DNA of 64,000 bases from an uncultured Clostridia bacterium (GTDB taxonomy: Bacteria; Bacillota; Clostridia; Christensenellales; UBA1242): positions 888-64,887 of the forward strand of contig CALWOU010000004.1 of NCBI GenBank assembly GCA_944383245.1, given 5' to 3'. The notes under the pieces were generated by a model. That model was not told the origin of the DNA. It worked only from the letters and a program-made list of their open reading frames with translations, and did not search any database. Shown here piece after piece: positions 9,500 to 18,831 of this stretch. The position numbers and the translations under genes are program-made. Positions within the stretch are counted from its first letter, which is position 1; every line of letters starts with the position of its first letter.

Positions 9500-10150
9500 A
9501 AACTAAATCTGTCAATTTTTGAATAGAAAAGTAAAAATAAAAACTTTGACACAACTAAAATTTGATATAAAATCAAAAAATTTCAAAACTTACTTCCGCA
9601 AACAAAACGGCATCTAAAATGAGAGGCTGGCAAAGGGTGAACCCATATTGCCCCACGCCTCCTCATTTTTTTACGATGCCGTTTTTTGTATTTGCTTGTT
9701 TTTTGCAATGCAAAATTTTTGCTTTTTAAAATTATTCATTGTTTTCTTACAATAAATGAATTTAGTTTTAAATTTGTATATTTGCTTTTTATCTATAAAT
9801 ATAAAGCAAATATTAAAATCGTTTTGTAAGTTAAAAATCACTCCTTTTCTTCGCCTTTTGGCTGGTAGTTGTGGCATAGTTTTCACAACAATTCAAGGGA
9901 AATATATATTTTAGTTTTCTTTTAAGATTAAGGTTTTACCTTAGTCTTTTTTTCATTGCACAAAATATATATTTCTTCTTCCTTGACTTGTTGTTCCCCA
10001 AATACAAATATATTGAGTTATATTTTAAAGATTTATTGTGTATTCAAGTGTATAAACATCTATTTTCTATTGTTTAACAATATAAAATAAATTATTAATC
10101 AAACTATGCTCTTTTTGTTTGTGCCAAAAGGCAAATAAAAGGAGCAATAT

Positions 10151-10783
10151 ATGAGAGAAGTAAAAAAGAAAAAAGGAATTTTAGATGATAACACAGTTAT
10201 CACCTTAGAAAACATTGAAAAGTTATCTCAATGTTTCGCACAATCTGCACTCAAAAGCATTAAGAAATATGCTTATAGTGCAACACCAAAAGTCGAAAGA
10301 TTGCAAAGTCTATTAAGGCAAGATATTTGCTATCACAAAAAATTAGATACTTATTCAGATGCATATGATTTAGTCCAAGAAGCAAGTTTGTTTCTATGCA
10401 AATTCATAGGACACAGACTTGGCGAACTTTGCAAAGATTCCAAATCAAAATCTGGAAAGATAGATAATCTCAAAAATGCTTGCCTTAGAGTTTTGCAAGT
10501 ATATCTACGAAAAGAATTAAAGTTTTCAAACAACACAGTAGACGAAAACGAATGCTTTGAAGTTATAGATGAAAGACCTATCATTCAAGATAAGCCTGAC
10601 TACACGAAAGTTAAAGAAGTGTTATCTAAAATCATACAAAACAGGTTCGAATACCAAATATTTGAATACTATTACAACGGAGTTGAGCCAAAACTAATAG
10701 CAGAATTTTTAGGAATTAGTGTAGATAAAGTTTACAAACGAAGAAGAAAATTCAAAGATAGATATGCAATGCTTTATATGTAA
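10151..10783 (+). CDS. Sigma-70/ECF-like regulator of the element
   Basis: AAGGAG RBS; region-2-like DAYDLVQEASLFL; C-terminal region-4 HTH (YYNGVEPKLIAEFLGISVDKVYKRR). Confidence 0.7.
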   Translation: MREVKKKKGILDDNTVITLENIEKLSQCFAQSALKSIKKYAYSATPKVERLQSLLRQDICYHKKLDTYSDAYDLVQEASLFLCKFIGHRLGELCKDSKSKSGKIDNLKNACLRVLQVYLRKELKFSNNTVDENECFEVIDERPIIQDKPDYTKVKEVLSKIIQNRFEYQIFEYYYNGVEPKLIAEFLGISVDKVYKRRRKFKDRYAMLYM

Positions 10784-11158
10784 AAATTTCAAGTATTCCA
10801 CAATAAAAAGTGGAATATTTTTTTGAATATTGCCTTAACTTCCACATATTTTCGTGGCTATATATAGAGAAGAATAGTAAAAATTGTGCGACTTTTTACC
10901 AAAAACTACAACTTTGTTTGCAAAAAGTATGTGAAAAGTACTAGTTTACTACCAGTTTTGTTCCTTACAATACAACCACATTTGTGCTATTCTCTTATTG
11001 AAATTAAATTAGACAACGCAAAATGGCAAGCCCTGAAGTTAGTTTTATTGGTATGCTCTAAGCCAAAATTTGAGAGTCAGTGGTTGCATTTATGGGCGTA
11101 GAAAAAATTTTTTCTATGTCTTTTTTAATTCCAAATTTTAGAAAAAAGGAGTTAAAAA

Positions 11159-11293
11159 ATGCAAACATTAAAAGTCGAAAATGTGAATGATTTGGACTTA
11201 TCGTTTCTCTCAAATGATTTTTTCATTGAAATTTTAAGTTTAATCATTCAAAACAAAAAAAGGCAATGCAACCCTGGCGTGTACTTGTCTTGA
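11159..11293 (+). CDS. 44-aa small protein upstream of the recombinase (not in ORF track)
   Basis: AAAGGAG RBS then MQTLKVENVNDLDLSFLSNDFFIEILSLIIQNKKRQCNPGVYLS*. Confidence 0.45.
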   Translation: MQTLKVENVNDLDLSFLSNDFFIEILSLIIQNKKRQCNPGVYLS

Positions 11294-11337
11294 ACAAGTG
11301 AGTGAGATCCTAGCGTGTGCTTGTCTTGATACAAGTG
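11274..11337 (+). repeat. Two tandem copies of the CTGGCGTGTGCTTGTCTTGATACAAGTG motif
   Basis: 11310-11337 differs from 9434-9461 at 1 of 28 nt; 11274-11300 has one substitution and one deletion. Confidence 0.85.
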
Positions 11338-11512
11338 ATTAGTCTTTCGGGTGCAAAGTTTAAACGAAAACTCACTCTTGTCAAAGGTAAAATGCATTGT
11401 TTCACAACCTTTGACAATAGTATAAGAATTTTGAAGATAAAATATAAATTCGTTTCCGTTTGTTTCGCCCCTGTCGAAAGACAAAATCTATAAAATAAAA
11501 GGAGAAAATAAA

Positions 11513-13075
11513 ATGAAAACAGCAGTAATATATGCCCGTTATAGTTCGGACAGTCAATCTGAGCAAAGTATTGAAGGACAAATTCATGTTTGTAAAGATT
11601 ATGCAGAGAAAAACAACATCGTCATTGTTGATACCTACATTGATAGAGCAATGACAGGAACAAATGATAACCGAATTGCTTTTCAAAAGATGTTGAAAGA
11701 TAGTTCAAACCACCAATTCTCAATCGTGCTTGTCTACAAACTTGATAGATTTTCGAGAAACAAATATGAAAGTGTTATCCATAAGAAAACACTTAAAGAC
11801 AACGGAGTAAGTCTTGTCTCTTGTATGGAAAACATACCAAACACTCCAGAAGGGACGCTTATGGAAACACTACTTGAAGGCTTTAATCAATATTTCAGTG
11901 AAGAACTAACTCAAAAAGTGAATCGTGGACTTCGAGAAAGTTGGCTTAAAGGTAATGCAACAGGTGGTAAAAAGGTTTTTGGATATGACATAGTAAACAA
12001 AAAATATGTGATAAACGATTATGAAAAAGAAATTATCTTAAAAGTGTTTCAAATGTATGCAAGTGATTGCAGAGCGAGAGTGATTGCTGAAACTTTGAAT
12101 GAATTAGGCTATCACCGAAATAATGGCAAAAAGTTTGATGAAAAATATGTTTTATGGATACTCCACAATTCAAGATATACAGGAGTCGTAGAACATCACG
12201 GCATAAAGTATGAAAAAATCTTTCCACGAATTATTGATGATAACCTTTGGAATAAAGTCAATACAATAAATGAAGAAAATAAATTTGCACCAAGCAGAAA
12301 GAAAGAGATTTATGACTATATCCTATCTGGCAAACTGATTTGTGGCGAATGTAAACATAAAATGTATGGCGAAAGCGGAACGAGCCACACAAAAGATATT
12401 CACTACTACTATGTTTGTGCTTCACGAAGAAAGAAAAGATGCCCATGCACTATGAAGGCGATTAAAAAGCAAGTGCTTGAAGATATGGTGATAAACACAA
12501 TCACTCATCTTTTGAATAGCGAGCAAAACATACAACTCCTAACAAATGCAATTTTTAACTATCATCAAAAACACTCACAAGATAATGCCAATTTAAAACT
12601 ATTAGAACAAAAAAGAAAAGAAACTTATAAAGCAAGCCAAAATATCTTGAAAGCCATTGAGCAAGGAATAATTACGGACTTAACAAAATCTCGCTTACAA
12701 CAACTTGAAAATGAACTTGCCGAGTTAGATATTGAAATAACAAAAGAAAAGTATAGAGATAACTCGCTTTTAACAAAAGAAGAAATCGAACAATTTTTAC
12801 GAAAACAAGTGTTTGAAGATACGCAAAACATAAAAATTCGCAAACTACTTGTAAACACCTTTGTTCGAGCAGTATATCTCTACAATGATAAAGTGGTAAT
12901 TCTATTCAACTACACTGACTCACCCGACAAACCGAAATTCACAGTTGAAGAAAACATAGAAACCGAAAAGCAGATAAACTCTGCTTTATCTAATACCTCA
13001 GGTTCGTGCTTATACCTTCACTCCGCACCACACTTTAAAACCATCTATTTTATAGACAATCTATGTATTCGATGA
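11513..13075 (+). CDS. Large serine recombinase (integrase)
   Basis: AVIYARYSSDSQ catalytic Ser motif, VYKLDRFSR, recombinase domain, Zn ribbon (LICGECK...YYVC...C), coiled coil. Confidence 0.95.
   Translation: MKTAVIYARYSSDSQSEQSIEGQIHVCKDYAEKNNIVIVDTYIDRAMTGTNDNRIAFQKMLKDSSNHQFSIVLVYKLDRFSRNKYESVIHKKTLKDNGVSLVSCMENIPNTPEGTLMETLLEGFNQYFSEELTQKVNRGLRESWLKGNATGGKKVFGYDIVNKKYVINDYEKEIILKVFQMYASDCRARVIAETLNELGYHRNNGKKFDEKYVLWILHNSRYTGVVEHHGIKYEKIFPRIIDDNLWNKVNTINEENKFAPSRKKEIYDYILSGKLICGECKHKMYGESGTSHTKDIHYYYVCASRRKKRCPCTMKAIKKQVLEDMVINTITHLLNSEQNIQLLTNAIFNYHQKHSQDNANLKLLEQKRKETYKASQNILKAIEQGIITDLTKSRLQQLENELAELDIEITKEKYRDNSLLTKEEIEQFLRKQVFEDTQNIKIRKLLVNTFVRAVYLYNDKVVILFNYTDSPDKPKFTVEENIETEKQINSALSNTSGSCLYLHSAPHFKTIYFIDNLCIR
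13000..13030 (+). other. attR (element arm AGGTTCGT + core TCCGCACCA)
   Basis: Core identical to tRNA 3' end; lies in frame in the recombinase (GSCLYLHSAP). Confidence 0.8.
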
Positions 13076-13286
13076 ATAAAATAAAAAAAGATGATTAATA
13101 CAAGTTTTATAAGATTTGACAACACGTGTATAAAAAAAACTACCACAATGTTAATTTTTAGGCACAAAAGTTGGTCAAATTTGGATCAAAATATTATTAC
13201 ATAAAAGACATAATCATCAAAACAGAACACACTTTTCTTTTTAAATATTTTAGCAATCGTTGACATTCCATAAAACGGAGATAAAA

Positions 13287-13985
13287 ATGAAACAAAACAT
13301 TAAAAACTCAAAATATGAATATATATTTTTTGATTTAGATGACACCTTGCTAGATTTCCAAAATGATTGCAAAAAGGCTTTTAAGATGTCTTGCGATGAA
13401 ATAGGATTAAAATTAAAAAATGCATATGAAATCTATAACAAAATTAATATGCAATTATGGGATGATTTTGCTGATAAAAAAATAGAATTAGCAAAATTGT
13501 TAAAATTAAGATTTGAATTATTTTTTAAAAAAGTAAATTTTAATTTTGATAATGAAAAATTCCAACAAATACTAACAAAGTATATGTCAACTTGTGGTAA
13601 AAGAATACAAGGTGCAAAAAGTATCGTTAAATATTTGCACAAAAAATACACACTTATTGCAATTACCAATGGCGTAAGCAAAGAGCAAAAATGCAGATTA
13701 AAAAATGCCAATTTAGATAAATTTTTTAATAAAGTATTCATTTCACAAGACATAGGAACAGAAAAGCCAAATCCAGAATTTTTTAAATACTGTTTAAGGT
13801 CTTTAAAGTTAAAAAACACCAACAATATTCTTATAGTTGGAGATAGTTTAAAATCTGATATCAAAGGTGGCATTTTGGCAAACATAGAGACCTGCTGGTT
13901 TAATAGGCTTGGCATTGATAACAATACAAACATTACACCAAACTATGTAATTAAAAAATTAAAAGAGCTAAAAAATATTTTATAA
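13287..13985 (+). CDS. YjjG-family HAD nucleotidase
   Basis: FFDLDDTLLDF motif I, ITNG, EKPNPEFF, VGDSLKSDI; GGAG RBS before ATG 13287. Confidence 0.88.
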   Translation: MKQNIKNSKYEYIFFDLDDTLLDFQNDCKKAFKMSCDEIGLKLKNAYEIYNKINMQLWDDFADKKIELAKLLKLRFELFFKKVNFNFDNEKFQQILTKYMSTCGKRIQGAKSIVKYLHKKYTLIAITNGVSKEQKCRLKNANLDKFFNKVFISQDIGTEKPNPEFFKYCLRSLKLKNTNNILIVGDSLKSDIKGGILANIETCWFNRLGIDNNTNITPNYVIKKLKELKNIL

Positions 13986-14017
13986 ACTTTTAATTAACCA
14001 ATAGCAATTAATATTAT

Positions 14018-14050
14018 GTCGGTTCGGATGCTTTATCACTTGTCGCACCA
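14018..14050 (+). repeat. att-like relic 1 (GGTTCG-N18-GCACCA)
   Basis: GTCGGTTCGGATGCTTTATCACTTGTCGCACCA; 29/31 identical to 15701-15731; same spacing as attR. Confidence 0.7.
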
Positions 14051-14147
14051 CAAAATACAAAGAGAGAAGTCCAATCCAAGCTTCTCTCTTTTGTTTTGAA
14101 ATATAAAAATTTTATGATACACTAAAAATGTTAAAAGGTGGGCGTTT

Positions 14148-14546
14148 ATGAAAGATTTAATGAAAAGTAATATCTATGATTGTTCTGATGAAATTGTAAT
14201 TGTAGGAAGTTGTTTAAAATCTATGCAACCAAGGGCTTTTGAAGAGATTGAAAAAATGAAATTACCTATTTTTGAATTATGTTTGGAACAAACACATATC
14301 AATATGGCACTCACCAAAATTTTGGGAATGATAAGAGCGAAGAAAATTAAAAAAATATTATTTGCAAGTGTTGACAAATCACCACATTGCATTCAATTAC
14401 ATTATATACAAGATGAAATAAGAAAACTTGGCTTTGAATTAAACTTTGAAAATTATGTAGCGGTTGACGATACACTTTTCAAAATTTCAAAAGAAACAAT
14501 TGCTCTATCAAAAAATTTAAGCAAATTAAGTTTAATAGATAAATAA
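14148..14546 (+). CDS. Small conserved Cys/His protein, possibly metal or Fe-S binding
   Basis: GSCL, CLEQTH and KSPHC motifs; followed by a hairpin terminator (~14586-14615). Confidence 0.7.
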   Translation: MKDLMKSNIYDCSDEIVIVGSCLKSMQPRAFEEIEKMKLPIFELCLEQTHINMALTKILGMIRAKKIKKILFASVDKSPHCIQLHYIQDEIRKLGFELNFENYVAVDDTLFKISKETIALSKNLSKLSLIDK

Positions 14547-14661
14547 ATTATTAAATTTTACTGTTATTGTTTTAAACTAGCATAAAAAAGAAGTTAATTT
14601 TAAAACTTCTTTTTTCTTGTAACATATTGAAAATTTAGATTTGGTGTGTTAGTATATCTAT

Positions 14662-15636
14662 GTGATAAAAGATTTATGCTTTGAGATTATACAAAAATGT
14701 CCAAATAGTTGTGTGTTTTGTTCTTCAAATAGCGATTATCAAAAAAATAATGTAATTGATTTTCCAACTATTAAAAGAACAATCGACTTTTTTATGGCAA
14801 ATGGCGGGATTAAAGAAATTTCTTTATCTGGTGGCGAACCTTTATTGCACCCAAATATAATGCAAATAATATCTTATTGCCATAATTTGGGTATATACAC
14901 AACACTTTATACTAGCGGAATAATAGAAAACACTTTTAATGAACAAACTGACAATAAATATTTTCAAAAAATATTAGAGCAATACAACAATAGAAAATTT
15001 TCTGAAATACCATTGAATATATTACAACAATTAAAACAAGCAGGGCTAAATAAGATTGTTTTTGATATGCAAGCATCCGAAGTGGATGAATACAACTCAT
15101 TAATGGGAACAAAAAATAATTTTACAAACATATTAGACTCTATTCTTAACACATCAAAATTTGATTTTAAAACATCCATTCATTTTGTGCCTAATAAAAT
15201 AAATGTTGACCAATTTAGAGATATTGTTGAACTTGCAGAGATTGCTGGAATAAATGAAGTTAGATTGCTAAAATTCGTTCCACAAGGTAGAGGTCGAGAA
15301 AATAAAGAAGCCCTGCAACTGACTAATGATGAACTACTTATGTTTATTAAAGATTGCCAAACTATTAGAACAAAAAATACAAAATTGAAAATAGGCATTC
15401 CCTTACAACAACAAAATAGTCACAAATGCACAGCAGGATTTGATAAAATCGACATTAGATTTGATGGTCAGGTTTTACCCTGCCCTGCATTTAAGGATAC
15501 AAGAGAAGAACTCTTAAAAAAGAAAGGTTTTGAAAGTATAAATATTTACAAAAATTTAACCGATTTTAAGTTTTTACAAGGTATAGCAAGAGAAATTCCT
15601 TTGTGCGAACAAATAAACGACGAAAAATGTTTTTAA
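14662..15636 (+). CDS. Radical SAM protein with a short Twitch/SPASM-like C-terminus
   Basis: CPNSCVFC (CxxxCxxC), SGGEPLLH, C-terminal CTAG...GQVLPCPAF...C; GTG start. Confidence 0.88.
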   Translation: MIKDLCFEIIQKCPNSCVFCSSNSDYQKNNVIDFPTIKRTIDFFMANGGIKEISLSGGEPLLHPNIMQIISYCHNLGIYTTLYTSGIIENTFNEQTDNKYFQKILEQYNNRKFSEIPLNILQQLKQAGLNKIVFDMQASEVDEYNSLMGTKNNFTNILDSILNTSKFDFKTSIHFVPNKINVDQFRDIVELAEIAGINEVRLLKFVPQGRGRENKEALQLTNDELLMFIKDCQTIRTKNTKLKIGIPLQQQNSHKCTAGFDKIDIRFDGQVLPCPAFKDTREELLKKKGFESINIYKNLTDFKFLQGIAREIPLCEQINDEKCF

Positions 15637-15700
15637 ACTATGAATAATTAATTATTAAATTTTCTTAACCACACATAACCAATGCCAACTTTGACTTGTG

Positions 15701-15733
15701 GTCGGTTCGGATACTTTATAACTTGTCGCACAA
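15701..15733 (+). repeat. att-like relic 2 (GGTTCG-N18-GCACAA)
   Basis: GTCGGTTCGGATACTTTATAACTTGTCGCACAA; near-identical to 14018-14050. Confidence 0.7.
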
Positions 15734-15882
15734 AAAAATGACACAGCTTTTTCTTATTGCGGTTCTCAATCGCATTAATAAAATCTCTGGTGGTCATCTT
15801 TTCTTTTGTTTTTCTTAATATAAATTTGACTATATAATTTTTTTGTGTTAGACTAAAAAATAAAGGAGAAATAATAAAAATT

Positions 15883-16926
15883 ATGGTGAATAAAAATAAA
15901 AGTTTGTTTATTGCACAATGCGTGCTATTGGTTATTATATTTTTATCTTGCTTTGAGTTTATATTTAATGGTTTTCATTTATTTGAATTGTTAAATCAAG
16001 ATCAATCTTTTTCAACCAAAGTATACATAAACTCAATAAAATATATTCCAATCGTTTTAAGTGTGGCACTTTTTGTTATAGTGATAATTTCTGCTTTTAA
16101 AATAGCCTATAACAAATATATAAGGCTAACCAAAATTTTAAATATAATATTGTTGATATTTATCTTTGCGCTAATGATTTATATGCTAGTAAGTTTTGTG
16201 CAATTATTCACTTCACTAGATAAATATTATCAACGTGACTCATATCTAGGTAATTCTATTTATTCTATAAGTAAAGATTATTACTTTGTTACGGCTTGTT
16301 ATGAATTATGTTTGGAATTTCAGTTAACACTAATAGTTGACATTTTGATTATCTTCACTTATGGAATTTTAGTTTTTGTTGAGCAAATTTTGGGAAACAA
16401 CAGAAAGCCATTATTTGCAATCCTTTGTGGTGTTTGTTTAATTGTTAGTTTTGTGTTTTGGGGAGCGTTTGGAATGCTTACCAAAAGCAACGCCGATATC
16501 TCTTTGAGTTATTATTACAACTATGGTTCTATAAGTTATTCATCTAATTACAAACCACAAATAACGTATTATTTTGTAAATATAACGGACCAAGAACTAA
16601 CTAATTTAGAAGTTACTTACACATACAAATTAAACGGCGAAGAAATCTCTAACACCTACACTATTGATTCATTCCCTGCGATTGCAAGAGTTGAACTATT
16701 TGAATGTGACTATGAAGGTTTTGAATTTGTTTCTATTGTTGTAAATTGTGATCAATATTCTAATTTAACGCTTGCGCAAAATTATACTTTAAATTCAAAA
16801 TCTAAACCTATGTTAGGCTTAGCAATTCCATCATCCGCACTAGCCTTGACATTTGGTATTTTATATTACACCCCACTAAGTAAAAGGAAAATAGATAATA
16901 CTGAATTATTAGAAAACCCTGTTTAA
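15883..16926 (+). CDS. Multi-pass membrane protein of unknown function
   Basis: AAAGGAG RBS; about 6 hydrophobic segments plus an extracellular beta-rich domain; terminator AAATAGACCT/AGGTCTATTT at 16947-16972. Confidence 0.8.
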   Translation: MVNKNKSLFIAQCVLLVIIFLSCFEFIFNGFHLFELLNQDQSFSTKVYINSIKYIPIVLSVALFVIVIISAFKIAYNKYIRLTKILNIILLIFIFALMIYMLVSFVQLFTSLDKYYQRDSYLGNSIYSISKDYYFVTACYELCLEFQLTLIVDILIIFTYGILVFVEQILGNNRKPLFAILCGVCLIVSFVFWGAFGMLTKSNADISLSYYYNYGSISYSSNYKPQITYYFVNITDQELTNLEVTYTYKLNGEEISNTYTIDSFPAIARVELFECDYEGFEFVSIVVNCDQYSNLTLAQNYTLNSKSKPMLGLAIPSSALALTFGILYYTPLSKRKIDNTELLENPV

Positions 16927-17057
16927 ATTTCTTTATATTAAAAATAAAATAGACCTATGTCAAGGTCTATTTTTTTAAAATTTTAATTGTTTATAAAAGT
17001 TATGGTAACGTTGCCGTTGTTGCAGTTGGTTATTAATCGTTTTGCGCCTTCTAGTTT

Positions 17058-17342
17058 TTGAGTTGGGAGATTGCGGGCATATACGAAACAAACAATGAAA
17101 AAAGTCTATTCGCCGTATGTACAAAGTATAGCAACGACGAAAATATCAAAATTTTACCTAAGGGAAAATATCTGTGCGCAAATTGTGATGAGTTAGAGCG
17201 AGATAAAACGCGTGAAAAACTTATTAGCATTGCAAAAAATGAATATTTAATTGAACCAAAATTTATAGTGGAAATTATTGTTTTAACAGGTATACTTAAG
17301 TGGGATTATCAAATTCAAATTTTTGTAGAAAAGAATAAATAA
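17058..17342 (+). pseudogene. 5'-truncated MerR-family regulator (effector-binding C-terminal fragment)
   Basis: LPKGKYLCA...EIIVLTGILKWDYQIQI resembles BmrR/BltR-type C-terminal domains; no RBS/ATG and no HTH upstream. Confidence 0.55.
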
Positions 17343-17363
17343 ATTTTATGAAAAAATATTACG

Positions 17364-18626
17364 CTATTTTACTTTTATTCCTACAATTGTTTCGCCTGAA
17401 GTGTTCATCGCAGAAAATTGAAGAGTTTTTGATTCTAAGTAGTTATCAAAACCCTCGGCTATTACGCCATAATAAACATCATTATCATAAATAAATTCTA
17501 TATATTGGTGCGATTTTTTTAAGTTTTTATTTAGTTCAATTTTTATTTGTTTGCTTTCATTTGTTTTATTGCTAGTTAAGTGTTTAAATAGGATTATGTT
17601 ATACATTCCGTTTATATTTTTATTCGACAAATACAATTTATCTTTATAATATCTATTTGGCATAACAACCGGCCAACCAAGGCGGTTAAAATACATTTTC
17701 CTAACATTTAAATAATGCTTATCCACTTTGCAATTTAGGCGGGTGTGATGGATGAGATAAAAATTGTTGTTATCTAATAAAACACTGTTATGCCCAGGTG
17801 CGGTGTAGGTATCTTTTTGATGAGAAAAATGATAATTCGCTAAAATCATTCCGCCAAGATTGTCCCAATCCGAATCCGTCATCAATCTATTGTTTGGGTC
17901 AAGATAGGGACCATTTATCTTTTTTGAACGCGCCACACGAATATTGTAACTATCAGTCAGTCCGCCGAAAGATAAAAATAGATAATAATAGCCCGTTTGT
18001 TTGTTATAAATTATATACGAACCCTCAACAGGCGCCATTTTGCCACCTGCAATGTGATGACCAATATCGTTTTTCTTTTTTGTTAATCCGTTAGATTTAT
18101 TTAACTCCACAATATAAATTCCGCCAAAAAAACTTCCATAACTCATCCACAATTTTTTTGACTTATCCACTCTCACGCACGGGTCAATCGCGTTTGGAAG
18201 GTCAACCCGACCGCCACCCTTTGATTTCACGACGCAACCAACTTGGCAGTACTCACCAAAAAGGTCTTTTGACTTACATAGCCCAATATAACTCAACGTG
18301 CTTCCAAAAGATGAAATGGAGTAATACATATAATATTTTCCACCGATTTTTATAATATCAGGCGCCCAAAAAGGCGAACCCTCACTTCGCGAAATAGGAA
18401 CATCCACATTGCAATACTTAATTCCCTCACTAAGTTCTCTTTTAATGGAGGTATTATCAAAACAACTTTTCTTTTCGTCCACCCAATGAATCAAATCGCT
18501 AGACACCCTAAATTGATAAAATCCGTGCGTGGAAATAGTGTAATATTTGCCCTTATCTTTTATAACAGACGGGTCGTGCACGCCAAATTCGCCCAATTTT
18601 TCTGAATAGTCTAAAATAACTTTCAT
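17364..18626 (-). CDS. GH43 glycoside hydrolase (endo-arabinanase-like)
   Basis: HDPS, FWAPD, NAIDP, EGSYI catalytic motifs, GHNS; no signal peptide. Confidence 0.88.
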   Translation of the reverse strand: MKVILDYSEKLGEFGVHDPSVIKDKGKYYTISTHGFYQFRVSSDLIHWVDEKKSCFDNTSIKRELSEGIKYCNVDVPISRSEGSPFWAPDIIKIGGKYYMYYSISSFGSTLSYIGLCKSKDLFGEYCQVGCVVKSKGGGRVDLPNAIDPCVRVDKSKKLWMSYGSFFGGIYIVELNKSNGLTKKKNDIGHHIAGGKMAPVEGSYIIYNKQTGYYYLFLSFGGLTDSYNIRVARSKKINGPYLDPNNRLMTDSDWDNLGGMILANYHFSHQKDTYTAPGHNSVLLDNNNFYLIHHTRLNCKVDKHYLNVRKMYFNRLGWPVVMPNRYYKDKLYLSNKNINGMYNIILFKHLTSNKTNESKQIKIELNKNLKKSHQYIEFIYDNDVYYGVIAEGFDNYLESKTLQFSAMNTSGETIVGIKVK

Positions 18627-18831
18627 ATTCTCTCCATTTTATTTAAAATCTAAAATTTTATAATAACAAATAAACTAAGAATAAACGCAACAAAACAGGT
18701 GTTAATTTAAACATAAAACATTAACTTATAGACGATGAAAATAAACACAAGTTTCATATTTAGTAACTTTATAACTAGTATATAAAATGAAAAACAAAAA
18801 GTAAAAAGATTTAACGTGCAATTATTTTATT

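Larger units (their letters stand above)
755..13030. mobile_element. Serine-recombinase integrative element (~12.3 kb) carrying a type I R-M defence operon, inserted at tRNA-Leu
   Basis: 9-bp direct repeat TCCGCACCA at 755-763 (tRNA 3' end) and 13022-13030 (inside the recombinase 3' end); reconstructed attP has inverted AGGTTCGT/ACGAACCT arms around the core. Confidence 0.88.

Noticed and set aside
14662-15636. Radical SAM as hydrogenase maturase or RiPP maturase
   Set aside because: No HydE/HydG signatures seen, 22 kb from the hydrogenase, and no precursor peptide nearby
14018-15733. Reverse complement of the repeats begins GTGCGACAAG, like a group II intron 5' end
   Set aside because: No domain V, no RT ORF and no room for an intron; the att-like geometry explains the motif better
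9434-15733. Short repeats as a possible CRISPR array
   Set aside because: Only 2-3 copies per family, irregular kb-scale spacing containing whole genes, no cas genes
17005-17040. Reverse-strand TAACCAACTGCAAC resembling sequence upstream of the att-like relics
   Set aside because: Only about 11/14 match in AT-rich DNA, opposite orientation, lacks the GGTTCG-N18-GCAC core
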